Shown here in pieces: positions 12,732 through 26,022 of a stretch of DNA of 55,784 bases (within the stretch, counting starts at the first letter, position 1; every line of letters starts with the position of its first letter). Source of the DNA: Octopus sinensis (lineage: Eukaryota). Position numbers and translations under genes: made by a program. Under the pieces are notes generated by a model. The model did no database searches. It had not been told where the DNA came from and saw nothing but the letters and a program-made list of their open reading frames with translations. The stretch lies in the NCBI RefSeq assembly GCF_006345805.1, contig NW_021833828.1, forward strand, positions 1 through 55,784. The letters are read 5' to 3'.

Positions 12732-14052
12732 GTTGATAAATAAAAATATATGCATACATACAAACATATATGTGCGTACCTACATCTACATGTATATATA
12801 CATGCATATATAAATAATTATACGTGAATACAGGACACCACAATAAGACGTAGAAACGGGAAAAACAAAAAAGCAAAAAACAAGAAAACGAAAAACGAAA
12901 AACAAGAAAACGAAAAACGAAAAACAAGAAAACGAAAAAAACAGTTACAGGACGAGCTACACAAGGAAAAAACCCCGTCATCAGCTGTCGCTAGTGGAGT
13001 CAAGCATGTTTCGAAGGCAGAGACAGAACACTAATCCAATAGGTCTTCCTGCGAGAGAATTAAAATAAAATTCCAAGCAGCGGGGCAAAATGAGTACGAA
13101 CACGAACAGGACGTAACAATAAAACTGCAAAAATAAAAATACATGTACAAAAAGTACAAATAATTACAAAACGAGAAAATAAAAAGAGAATACGATACAG
13201 GAAATCAAACACACAAGAGGACGAACGAAAAAGCCTTTTTTTCTGGCATAGACAAACAATAAAACTGCAAAAATAAAAATACATGTACAAAAAATACAAA
13301 TAATTACAAAACGAGAAAATAAAAAGAGAATACGATACAGGAAATCAACACACAAGAGGACGAACGAAAAAGCCTTTTTTGGCAAAGACGAAGGATACTA
13401 CAGTATCCTTCGTCTTTGCCAAAAAAGGCTTGGAGGCAGTCTTTTCAGTAGTAGGAGCCACGTGTAAAAGAAATTTTATTTTATAGGCTGGCAGTAAGGA
13501 AGAAGGAAGGAGGATGGGGACACGCGGCTGAGAGAGAGAGGAGGAGTGGGAGGAGAGAGAGGAGGAGTGGGAGGAGAGAGAGGAGGAGTGGGAGGGAGAG
13601 AGAGGAGGAGTGGGAGGGACAGAGAGTGAAGAGGTTAAAGCAAAGGGAGAGAATTCCGCATCTTAAATATAATAATATAAAAATAACAGGAACCAAGAGG
13701 TGGAACGAAACGACGAATAGGAAAGACCTGATGCGGGGCGCTAATCCCAAATTGTATTTAATTTGTTTTGCGAGAACTACTATTTTATCGAAGGCGTATC
13801 TTGCCGTGAAATGCTCGAAATACGGATTAGAAAAAACAGCCGACTACTGATGAAGGGTCGTTCTTTGTGTTGTTTGTCTTGTTTTCCATTTCTTTCTTTC
13901 GTTACTTGCAAAAAAAAAGCCCTCATTCCATGTCCTCGTACTTCGTATTTTATGTTGTTTACTTTTTATGACGGCCTGTGCCCACATATGCATATGTATA
14001 TACGTATACATGTAAGTATGTACGTATACGTATGTATATATGTATATATATA

Positions 14053-14060
<8 letters not shown>
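12730..14060. repeat. Unit 2 of the tandem duplication
   Basis: Same start TAGTTGATAAATAAAAATATATGC and same end as unit 1; perfect 30-bp hairpin at 13370-13431. Confidence 0.9.
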
Positions 14061-14090
<30 letters not shown>

Positions 14091-14096
<6 letters not shown>

Positions 14097-14750
14097 TGCC
14101 CCCTCGTTATCTGGTATGGCCATTACACGAAGCATAACTGCTTGTGGCGCTGTGATCGAATGTGACTTTTATTTGCTTTTGAAGGCTACAGCCAGCCATT
14201 CAGTTGAGACTCACAGCACCATCAACAATCATGAACAATGTTGTTATCGTGCAATGTCTGTGCAAGAAGATTTTTTTAAGTGAGGAAAAGCTGTGCACTG
14301 AGTCAATCCCACTCACTAAGCAACAGCAGCCATAATCCGAAAAGAAGAACAAGTCAACATCATCGGTAACCACTGAGCCGCAGGTTTTATGTCGGAGTTA
14401 TCACAGTTACTTGAGTTACCTTCTCCTCGAAGGATGCCCCAACAAAGGCTAGAAGTCCTTCACTCCCAATGGTTTAACCGCGCGATCGGGTATTCAGTCC
14501 AATTATTTCTATGTCCCCGCGCATGATACAGCCTTAAGAGAAAAAATACACATTTATTGGATGGCCGTTGACTCTCAAGAGTTCATCCGCCCTTTGACGG
14601 GTTTTGTTTTTCATCCCGCAGGGTGACCAATAAACACCCTCCTCACCAAGCAAGCTTGGTGGGGTAGCCGGTTTATTCACCGACGGCCCGACCATGCAAC
14701 ATGTTGTACTGGGTTACATGTTACCAGTAGCACTCGAAAGTGACCTGACA
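14091..14750 (-). mobile_element. RTE-derived bipartite non-autonomous element (5'UTR-like part + 3'-end-like part), copy 1
   Basis: Highly similar to 54909-55450; no ORF; minus strand contains GGAGAAGGTAACTC...AAACC (RTE 5'UTR-like) and ends in GATAACGAGGGGGCAGCCATC (RTE 3' stem-loop-like) next to (TA)n. The repeat is seen directly; RTE origin is inferred. Confidence 0.65.
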
Positions 14751-14766
14751 CACACACATATATATA

Positions 14767-15586
14767 CCTACTACATATGTGGGAAATTCTGTCTGTGGGT
14801 GTGTTTGTGGACTTGTTAGCTAACTCTTCCTACAACGATTTTGATGAAACTTCACACGTGAATAGAACTCATGTCTGGAAACCTCATAGCATACTAAGGC
14901 TGTTGAAAAATTGATAAAAGGGCCCCTTGAAGGGATGCTTATATATAGTCAAGGGAAATAACCCATTCATTTTCCTAAATTATTTAGTAAAAAGGAAATT
15001 GAGTATGCTTATTTCTTAGTATTTGAACTGCTAGAGTTATTTTCGCTATTTATCCAGTACAACCCTTAAACAAGTAAACAGTTTTTCCTAAACAATAGAT
15101 CCACTTATTTCGGTTAGTGACTTATTCACAAATATACCAACACTAGCGCCTCTGAGGTAATATTCTCTGGAAACGCAAAACAAGCCCTTTTCAGAGTTAT
15201 TTACTTTGAATTGTTATTATCTCATATTTGATTAGCCTGTTATTACGTAACATGCTTCACAATGTTTGTATACGTACCGTATTGATATTTCTTCCTAAAT
15301 TCTATATACTCTGGGAACGCATTATTTGAATTCTTACTATCGGGTAACTAATTTCATGTTATTACATAACTGTCTTCATAATTTGGGTATTCATAAATTA
15401 TTGAGAATTCCTAAAAACAAGATACTGTGTTAGACAGTTCGGTATTCTCAATAAATGCGCAAAAACCGTTTTAAGGGCTACGTACTTGATATTGTTGTTA
15501 TTGGATTAGCGAAGCAATTGAGAACGGAACCAAGGGATAGGCCCCGCTTTCCCGGGAATTACCGGGTACCACCACGCACACACTAG
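14767..15586 (+). mobile_element. Probable non-autonomous Helitron
   Basis: 5' CCTACTACATAT (like TCTACTATATAT) followed by TCTGTCTGT and CGATTTTGATGAAACTT; 3' hairpin CCCGG-GAATTA-CCGGG at 15551-15566, then CTAG at 15583-15586. Confidence 0.55.
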
Positions 15587-16234
15587 CACTGACCACTTCC
15601 CAGTCCCACATCCACACACGCACACGTTAAGGTCACCAGCCCTCTTCTACACGCACATACATGCTCTCATATCCACACGCACATACATGCTCTCTTATAC
15701 ACACGTACACGCACCTTCGTTTTGGGATCACAACTACTTTATTATCTCCCCTATATATATATATGATAAAATATTTTGGCGGATCGTGGGTGGCAATTAT
15801 GCGGCCATAGGTCAAGTGAACCAGTGCTGGTGTCCAGAGACATATCAATAACAACAACAATAGTGGCGATCCTAATTAAACAATCGTAATTAAGCAATTA
15901 CGACAATTACTAATGCTGTTGTTGTTGTTCATAGCATTTTCTTTTTACTTTGAGAAAGGTATTTGAGACCGGGGAAAGGTAACGGCATTAAATAAATATC
16001 GTACTAGTTGATGCAACTGTTATCATTATGACCAGCTTCCAGCCTGAGCTGCAGCAACCAAGTCTAAGCGCTACACTTATATATATATATATTATAAGGT
16101 TTGGAGATGATGTACAGGTATTTTATATTAGAAGAAATGACGTACTCAGAAATTCGGATGGTTTTATATTTACAGATATTTATTTGTGTATTACATGTTT
16201 TTATACATCATATAACTTATATCATATATCATAT

Positions 16235-16273
16235 ATTAGCGCTTTCTCCCATTCTAGTGGAGTTTTCAAATCG
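16235..16273 (-). ncRNA. Minimal type I hammerhead ribozyme-like motif (U3-A8 variant) in the PLE 3' end
   Basis: at-TTGAAAA-c-TCC actagaatg GGA-GAAA-GCGCT-A-at; palindromic stem III AGCGCU; stem I only 2 bp. Confidence 0.55.
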
Positions 16274-16293
16274 AACTAAGTTCCTGTGAAAAA

Positions 16294-16735
16294 GTTTTGA
16301 CCATTTGATAGTGTTATTGAGTGTGTAGTGGTGGGGATGGATATAAGATAGTACAAGAGGGTGATGAATGGGGAGAAAGTGAGAGAGAGAGAGCATGTGT
16401 GTGTGTTTTTTTGTGTTTGGAAGGGGTGCTAAAGAAAAAGAGGGGAAGGGAGAAAAGGGAGAGAGGGAAGAAGAAAAAATTGTTTTGCTGGTTTCTTTTG
16501 TAGTTGGTTAGGATGTTTACTCCAAGGGGGGTCTAAGAATTTAAGTTTTGGGGAAAAGAATTTAAGTTTTGACCATTTTATAGTGTGTAGTGGCGGGGAG
16601 GGATATAAGATAGTACAAGAAGGTGATAAATGAGGAGAAAGTGAGAGAGAGCATGTGTGTGTGCGTGTGTGTGCGTGTGTGTGTGTGGTTTTGTATCTTA
16701 AGGGGCTATTAGAAAAGAAGGAAAGGAAGAAAGGG
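16294..16735. repeat. Diverged direct repeat, period ~270 bp, inside the PLE 3' region
   Basis: GTTTTGACCATTT...GATATAAGATAGTACAAGA...GGAGAAAGTGAGAGAGAG at ~16294 and ~16566. Confidence 0.75.
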
Positions 16736-16950
16736 GAGGGAAAGTAGACCATAGATTATATTTCCTTTTTATCATTGTCTTGTGAGAGAGAGAGAGTGTG
16801 TGTGTGTGTGCGTTTAAGGAGGAATGGTCAAGTTGTTAAGCGTATTCAGTGCCACTTTTGTTTTTAACCAATGTAAATGGTTTTTGGTTTTTAGAAATTG
16901 GCCATTTCAAAGAAGACTGGTTTGGAATTCTTTTTATTATTGTTTTGGGG

Positions 16951-17018
<68 letters not shown>

Positions 17019-17449
17019 GTGTGTGTGTGTAGGGTGGTGTCTGTGAGTCTGGAAAGGGTGTCGTTGGACAAGGGAAGAAAGAAGAAATAATTGTGCTGAT
17101 ATTTATACCACTATATATAAATATATACTAAATGCTACACTATGTTTGTTAAATTATAAATTGAAAGATTTGTCCTTCAATGTATGAGGAGCAACATTTC
17201 ATACTTGAAAAAGAGATTTTCTTGTGTTGAAGTTACAGATGACAGAATACAAACTGACAACCACTGTGTCTGTTGTCTGATCTTCAATTGATTTAGTCTA
17301 ATAGCTCACTGATTGACAGCTAAATAAATATTAAGTTTTATCATACAGGAGTAACTGGTTCCACAAATTAAAGTAAAATGGTTTCATTCAAATATTAGAA
17401 TATCCTTTGTTCAATGTTGTATTTTCAAAAACCAAAACATATGTGTAGA

Positions 17450-17520
<71 letters not shown>

Positions 17521-17545
17521 AATACAGTTTGGTATAGAGATATTT

Positions 17546-18737
17546 TCAGCCATTCAATTTGGGGGAGAACTTTGTTATGAAATATTTTTCCATATTCCTC
17601 CTGAAGGAGGTGGCATTCTTTGGATATTTGTAGAAGGGAAAGATCCTAAATTTTCCTTCTCCACATGTATCTAGGTGTTTACTCAGTGGTATCTTGCGCA
17701 GTTCCTCCTGTCGGACATGTCGGTGAATCCTGGCTCGTTGGCATAAAGAATTTCCAGTTTCACCTATGTAATCCTCCTTGCACGTGGGGCAGCTTATGCG
17801 GTATATTACGTTCTGCGTCTTGCAGTTCATATCTGCATTTACTTTAAATATGTGACCACTTTTAAATTTCATTTCTTTGTCTTCCTCTATGTATTTGTAG
17901 GTGGGGTTACTGCAGATCCCACATCTACCATCTCCGCACTCTTTTACAAAGAATTCAGTTTTAGTTTCTGATGAGAATTTCGCTCTTGTTAGATGTTTCT
18001 TTTGGTTTTTGTCTTGTCGTCTACTGTTTTTTTATGCAATATTTGTTTAGTATGTTTTCCATTTTGGGGCTTTGTAAGACTATTGGCAGGTTTGATTGTA
18101 TGATTTGAAATATGTTGGTAACTCCAGGGTTGTGTGTGCTTATAAAAGGGATAATGTTTTCTTTGTTTTTTGTTTTGGGTGTCCTGAGTTGTGCGATGTC
18201 TAGTTTCATTACTCTTGAGATTCTATTTTTTATTAGTTTAAGGGTGTATTTTTGTTCTAGTAGGAAGTTTTTAAGTTCATCTAGTCTTATTAGTCGTGTT
18301 TGTGAGTCAGTTATTATGCTACATATTCGTCTTGCCATACTATATGGGATGTTTCTTTTTATGTGGGATGGGTGGCAGGAGTGGAAATTTAAGTATTGGT
18401 GTGTGTCGGTTTTTTTGTAGTGGATGTCTCTTGTGATGATGAAGTTGTGTATCTTGATGTTGTTGTCTAGGAAGGGAAGTTCGTTGTGGTTGGTATCTAT
18501 TATGAAGTTGATAGATGGGTGCAGCGTGTTGAGGATGTTGTGGAATGTTCGTAGGTCTTCTTCTGATCTGTTCCAAAAGATGAAGCAGTCATCGAGGTAG
18601 CGTTTCCACTTTTTTTTTATGTCTTCTCTGAAGTCGTGTTCGAAGACTTTCCCTATTTCCTCGTATAGTTTGTTCTCAAGGAAATCCATCACCAGGTTGG
18701 CATATGAAGATGAGAATTTTGTACCCATAGCCGTGCC

Positions 18738-18738
<1 letters not shown>
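17546..18738 (-). pseudogene. Penelope-like reverse transcriptase (C-terminal half) + Cys-rich linker + GIY-YIG endonuclease
   Basis: [39 protein letters not shown]; one frameshift in an A-run near 18030 leads to SRRQ.KN...LTRAKF...CGDGRCGIC, then NVIYRISCPTCKEDYIGETG...R...H...H. Confidence 0.92.
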
Positions 18739-18815
<77 letters not shown>

Positions 18816-19829
18816 GCATATACATATGCATATACATATATATGTATATGTATATATATACACATACATGCACACACGCACACACATATATACATACTCA
18901 CGTACACATACATACGTGTATATATATATATATGTATATACATACATACATACACACATACGTGTGTATGCGTGTGTACGTCCTTGTTTCACGCCTACAT
19001 GCTAGATCTATAGGGAGCTACATCAAACCAATGTGTGCTCGACTTCTTCAAAACAATCTCTTGTATTTTGAGGAAGATTTAGTCTGTTATGTCCGGCAGA
19101 ATCTTGTGGTTGCTTTCAATTCTCCTAATTGGCTTGCTATCAGTAGACATTACATAAAGGAAGCACCATTTTACATCACTTAAAGGAAGAACGGCTTCGT
19201 TCCAGAATGTCTCCAGAGCCTGTGAAGGTTGGGGGTAGAAGGGAGAAGTAATTACCCCTCCACCCCCTCCCGCCAAACACACGTGTCCACAATCCTGGCA
19301 AAAGAACAGGTACCTAAGGACTGTTGAACTGGGCAACATATGAACTCACCTCTACCCCAGATACAGCAACAGTGGGACCTCCACACTCTCCCTGTCTACC
19401 CACGGTTTGTGTTGAACCAGGGCTTGCTATAGTCGAAGGCATTTGCTCAAAATGCCAAGCAATGGAACTGAACTCAGAGCCACAGTCCTGAATTCGTTGA
19501 CCATCTAACCATGACCATCATCCAGATTAACACCTGGTCACAATTTATGGCAATTTGGACAATTCTGTAGTTCAGGAGATATTATGCGTGAAAGGAAAAG
19601 ACGTTGTGGGCGTGGATGGAAAGTCTTTGAGTAAGTTGAGGGGAATTCATTTGACCATTTTATTTCAAGAATTCCGACACAATCTTTGGTTCAAGGATAA
19701 ATTCCAGCCCTCACTCCACCTCCCAGTTTCAAAGGAGTCTGAAAAATATTGAATCATGTGTGGGGCGGGTGAAGGGTGCTGCCTCTTATTCTCTGACTTA
19801 GGAGTTAGATAAACAACAACATCAACGGA

Positions 19830-20030
19830 TCAAGTAGCCTCTACGTAGTAGCTCGGCCTACAGAAAATAGCAGCTAAATTTGCTCCATATCCTAACTTAA
19901 TCGAAACACATATTAGATAATGTAATTCTAAAGAAAGGAAATAAAAAACGGAGAAGTCGTGCCAAGAAAGTCGCTGATCAAGGCTTTACTCGGTCAGAAC
20001 TGACCTGGAGAATAAACAACAACAACAACA
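19830..20030 (+). repeat. Old dispersed repeat (family C) ending in (AAC)n
   Basis: GAAAATAGCAGCTAAAT...CTGACCTGGAGAATAAACAACAAC; related degenerate pieces at ~4040-4160, 20560-20760, 23180-23345(-), 38510-38820(-) and 41750-41810. Confidence 0.5.
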
Positions 20031-22136
20031 ATCATATAGAGTTGAGAAAAGACTGGTTCTGACCTGTACAGGTTAAATGTTAGCAGTGATTGATCATGTA
20101 TTGAAAGAACACCGATCACAAATCGAATTTCTCATTGTTTGGACAATGAATATATTAATGTACTGTAATATGCCCAGAGTAGTACAGTACTCTGGTCAGT
20201 GGTCTGGTCATGCTGATATACAAAGGGTATTCTTTTTGGAGGGACCCAAACATATAGAACTTGGGATGTGTGGGTTACATCCATTGGCGCGACCGACGAT
20301 ACACAGCGTTTGGGGTTATTTTTAGGATGGGTGTGCTGTCTTAAGGCATGAACCCCTACAGGGCAGTTGCTCAGAGGTCTCAGGTTTAAGGATCTCAATG
20401 CCAACCTAGATAAGCTGTGTTTTAAACGTAGTGGTGGGGGAAATTCATCGCTCTGTCCAGAGGGGGGAGTTAGGGTGTTAAAAAGGCCCTGGTTAAAACA
20501 GCCCACGGTAACAACAACAACAAAGACGATGACGACAAGAACAACAGCAACATTTCAAAGAACACCAAAGGCAGTCGATATCTATTAAACCACACCGTAC
20601 TGTTTTAAATACCGGTAAGTGTGCATTCGATAATAAAGTCTGATATATCACTAAGCCGAACGGGATGGTCACGGTTGCAATACGTTCGATCATGGGTCTG
20701 TCCCATCACACTTGAACTGGAGTTAAACAGTAGCAGCAGTTGCAACAATGAACAACAACAACAAACCTCGGCAACAACGATGACAACAACAACTAAGAGG
20801 GGATGAAGTGACATTCATTCTCTGTTACTTTTAAAGAAACTTTCTGAATTATAAATCACAACGATTTCCGGTGTTGTTGCAAGACTTTCTGTGTTTTTTG
20901 TTTTTTTATTATTCTTGTAATGAACTGTTTCACTGAATTTCTTGAGAATATCTGGAACCTTGTATCAAACTCTTTAATATGTTAAAGAGACAAAAGAAAC
21001 GAAGGAAATATTGGATTTCACAGCCCAAGAATTTCTAGCCTTGAAGTGGTTTTCTCTTTGCTGCTTTAGGAAGAAAGTGGAAAACAGTTCACGATGGTCA
21101 CTTTTGGAAAGACGGGGCGTGAAATATGAAAGAAAATCTCTTTAAGAATCATTGCATGGTTTGATTTCAGGAAATATCGAGAGAATGGGAAAGGAAGATG
21201 ACCCAAAACTACATCGGTTGGACGATAAGACATACAATAACACAATAAGACTGTAAGAGTGGTAATAACCATAAGATATGTCATAAGGAGACATACAACA
21301 CATACTCACACACACACACACACACACACACAAAAGCAATATAAACTTTAAAAAAGTGAATTTATGTTGATAAAAAACAAAAGATTAACATAAATATCTG
21401 AAAACAAAGGAAGAATAAAAGAGGAATGAGGAATGAATATTTGGTAATATAAAGAAGAGAATATGGTGTTTATTTATATTCGTGTCCCGACTGTGATCTA
21501 AAGAAGCTACAGGAATATACCAACTGCATTTATCACTGAAGAGATGCGACCGCCTCGCTACAAGATTACATGCTTGTTAACAGATAAGAGATAGCAGATA
21601 GCGGTGTGCAAGTATTATGGTTCTTAAAGTATCTTTTAAAAATATTTCATGGAAACAAATATATATTTCAATAGAAGATTTATTATGTAATTACGAGAGA
21701 AATCTCTTTAAATAAAGAAAGCAAATGGTATTTCTAAATACTAAATTATGCATGGTCATTCATGTTGATATTAAATATGCAAGCGGGGCCTTTTATCTAT
21801 GGCTTTCATTTGACTAATAAAATGATTATATAATTCATTATAGTATATTACTTACATTAATAAAACATAAATTTATAATATAAACCGATAATATCATATG
21901 AGACGTTTGATATTAAGATATTTCCGATTACAATAGACATGAGTGTGGATGTTTCCATGTATGGATGTATTTGTATGGGAGTGAACGTGTGTGTGTGTGG
22001 GTGGGTGTGTATGTGTGCATGTGCGTGCGTGTGTGTATGTATCTAGCTATATAAATACATATACAGTATATACATATACAATATATACATACACATAAAT
22101 GTACAGTGATATACACACACATATATATATATATAT

Positions 22137-22186
<50 letters not shown>

Positions 22187-22964
22187 TATATATATGTACA
22201 TACGCATATTTATATATATTTGTATGAATGTACATACATATGCATAAACACATATATATACATACATATATACATATAAATATATATATATATACACACA
22301 TGTACATATATATATACATATATATAAATATAAATAGAGAGAGAGATATGAATATATATATATATAGACATACACACTTATATAAATATATATATATATA
22401 TATATATGCATATACTTATAAATATATACATATAGATATATATGTAGACATACACATATTCCTATATATAAATCTATATGCATATATTCAAAGGTATATA
22501 TCTACTTATATATATGTGTGTATGTATGCTCATATACACATATATTGCATGCGTGTAATTATATACATATACAAACACAATTATACACATATATTTAAAT
22601 GTAAGTATGTATGTACGGCATCGCGAGTGGAAACAACATTTAATGTTTTTGTAAAATATCGGAGTTGGATGGCAGAATAAAAGAAGAACTTTTTCCTCCA
22701 ATAAAAATCGGTCGAATTTCTAAAACAACTTTCAAAAGAATTCCACAACATTTTATAGATTTTTCTGTATTTTGGCAATGTTTAAATCTCTGCAAATACT
22801 TCTGGTGTTGGTGGGAAGATTGGAAATAAATGGCGTGTAGAAATCACGAGTTGATGAAACCTGCGAGAAATGGAGAGAAAGTTGAAAAGGCTGCTGGTGG
22901 TGGTGGAGGAGCGCGGGGGGGGGGGGGGGCTGAGATATTGAAGCAGTCAACGACAACAATAAGG

Positions 22965-23165
22965 ATTTCCATTTTTGACACAAAGCTAGCAACTTCGGCT
23001 GAATTACATCGACCCCAGTGCTTAACTGGTATTTATTTTATCGACCTCGAAAGGATGAAAAGCAAAGTCTACCTCGGTGGAATTTGAACTCGGAAGTAGA
23101 GCGGAAGAAATGACGCTAAACATTTTGTCCGGCGCGATGATAACTATTCTACCAGCTCACCATCT
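22965..23165 (-). mobile_element. SINE family A (further degenerate copies at 23400-23550(+) and ~23810-24120)
   Basis: TCGACCTCGAAAGGATGAAAAGCAAAGTCTACCTCGGTGGAATTTGAACTC body. Confidence 0.8.
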
Positions 23166-24642
23166 TCATAATCGTTTAATGTTTAACTTGACGTCTTCCA
23201 GCAGTAACCAGACATAGCTTCACCAGAAGTTCATCAGTCAACGTGTCCTTCTTTTTTTAAAGATGATAAATTATAATTTGAGAAAGGTTTGGCTGCTGTT
23301 TCTCCTCAGATCGATTCACCATCCAAAGGTTCCTCGTTGGTTCCAAAAACCATCGAAAATTCTCTGGTGAGATATAGAATATATTTTATCAATTACGTCT
23401 TGACGTTCTGAGTTGAAATTCCACAGTGGTCGATTCTGCGTTTCATTCTTTCTGGGTCGATGGAATTATTACCAGTTGATAACTGGGATCGATGAAATCA
23501 GTTTGTCCCCTCCCCTGAAATTGTTGGCCTTGTGCCAAAATTTGAAATCAGTTATATTAAAGAACCATTCTAAGTTTCGATAATTTTACATTTAAGTCGT
23601 CTCTGGTCTTCTTCTCTCAAGGTGTTCGGTGCTGTAAAAGACGCTAACTTCTGGGTAAATCCGGTCCTAGGATTCACCGATGGTCACATGATGGTCCTCA
23701 TGATCCTTTCACAGTGCAGTGTAACCTATTCTGAGAGAGAGAGAGGCGGGAGAGAAAGAAAGAGAGAGAAAGCGAGAGCAGGATCATTCTTTTCTCATCT
23801 TCCACCTACCACTGTCCAGGGTCGGTGCCTTATTCAACGATTCCCAAAGGATGAAAGTCAAGGGTGAACTTGATGGAATTGGAACACAGAATGCAAAGAA
23901 ATGGGACAATTCCTGAAAGCTATTCGGTCATCACTGAAAATGGTTCTTCCTGCCGACATCCTTAGTGATGTCGTTATACCTCACGGTATTTAGTTGCGTC
24001 TCTTGCCATTGTTCAGGTCCCGCCAGGATCAACATTGTATTCCAAATATGATAAAATACCAGTTGTCTACTTGGGTCAGTTTAATCAATTCTACGCGACT
24101 CTTTAAAACGTGAGGCCTATTTCAGAAGCCTTCATATTAAGGATTATTTTCTCTCTCATCAAATACTTAGAAGATGATTGGGAAATTTTAAAGAGTATAG
24201 TTCATAAATTCGACATTAATTCGAGATAAGAGATGACAGGAGAGCTTTTAAACCTTCTAATATATTCTAATTATGGCGAGAAGCATGTCGCTATTACTTC
24301 ATGAAAGAGTCTGTGGCTATCTTTATAGAATTTGAAAGACGGAGCATCGGCGGAAGTCAAATATGTGTGTGTGTAAAGAATAACGGAAATAAGTATTTAC
24401 GTTCATTTAATACCTTTTTTTAGGTGTTCGGTAATGAAAATACCTGTTAGGTAAAGTATTACTCAAAAATCAAACTAAAACATCAAAACTCTGAGGATTT
24501 GATGATATGAGGATATACGTTGAATAACATTTTCATTAATGAAATACATAGAACGGAATTAACGCAAAAACAACTTACGCCCATTCACATATATATATAT
24601 ATATCAACATACACACACACGCGCACACAAACATACTTATGT

Positions 24643-24781
<139 letters not shown>

Positions 24782-24996
24782 GAAATATATACATATATAT
24801 GTATACAAATAGATAAATAGATAGATAGGTAGATAGTTATACATACACACGCATGTACATCATTTATCTGCATACTTTTATATACATCCATCACAAACAT
24901 GCACAAACAAACATACACATATGCATGTATATAGATATACAATGCATTCATATATATATATACATACATAAACACACGCATATGAATATATATATG

Positions 24997-25035
<39 letters not shown>

Positions 25036-25073
25036 GCACAGACACATATTGTCTTGTGTGTGTATGTGTGTGT

Positions 25074-25136
<63 letters not shown>

Positions 25137-25819
25137 CTTTACAAAATAACATTAAATTCTTTTGATAGCTGCTTTCGAAATACGACCAATTTTTATTGAA
25201 GAAAAAAGCTACCTTTTAATGTATTATAGAATAGTCATAAAGTTGAATTTTTAAAAATAATTATGCAAATTCTCATAAACATGAATTTTATTTTTGCTAA
25301 AAATTAGATTTGTTCTACATCTTGTGTGATATAAATATACTATTAATAGTAATCGTTATAATCTTATTGTTTAGGCAGACGATAACAGCTTCGAAATAAT
25401 TCGGCTTTGTAAGTCATTACTTTTTAGTTGAAAACCATATTTTGGAGAGAAACATATTCCAAAAGACGAATTTATTTAGAAACCTCATAGGAGCCATTGC
25501 TTGGAGGCCAGGAAATATTTTACTGATAAATTATCAGCTCTGGAAAATTCTTTGGAAATTTGTCTTGTTTGACCACCACTACTGGATGGATTAATATAAA
25601 CTTAGAGAGGTTTTACATGGAACACAAAGTACAAAGATAAAGAATATAATAGAATTATCTCTCATGATTCCTTGGTGTTTGACCACCGAATTATTTTATT
25701 AAAAGATTTTGAGTAGTGTTTCTCTGTGCAGACGATTTGGAAGAAAATTTTTCAAAATTGAATAAACTGCTATGGGATTGCAGAAGAAAAGATTGGAAAG
25801 AAATGCTTACGATATTGAT

Positions 25820-26022
25820 CTCAAATTTTGGCACAAGGCCAGCAATTTTGGGGGAGGGGATAAATTGACCCCAGTGATCATCTGGTATTTATTTTATCGA
25901 CCCCGAAGGGATGAAAGGCAAAATCGACCTCGCCGGAATTTGAACTTAGAACGTAAAGCCGAACGAAATGCGGCTAAGCATTTTGTTCGGCGTGCTAACG
26001 ATCCTGCTAGCTCGCCGCCTTA
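25820..26022 (-). mobile_element. SINE family A, full length
   Basis: Reverse complement begins AAGGCGGCGAGCTAGCAGGATCG; conserved body and GTGCCAAAATTTGA end. Confidence 0.85.

Larger units (their letters stand above)
16096..18739 (-). mobile_element. 5'-truncated Penelope-like element (Neptune-type) with a long 3' region/pLTR
   Basis: RT + GIY-YIG ORF, same-strand hammerhead-like motif near the 3' end, (TA)n on both sides; extent of the 3' region is inferred. Confidence 0.7.

Noticed and set aside
19005-19170. Possible very old RLE fragment on the minus strand (...ILPDI...WFDVAP)
   Set aside because: Too degenerate to support without a translated search
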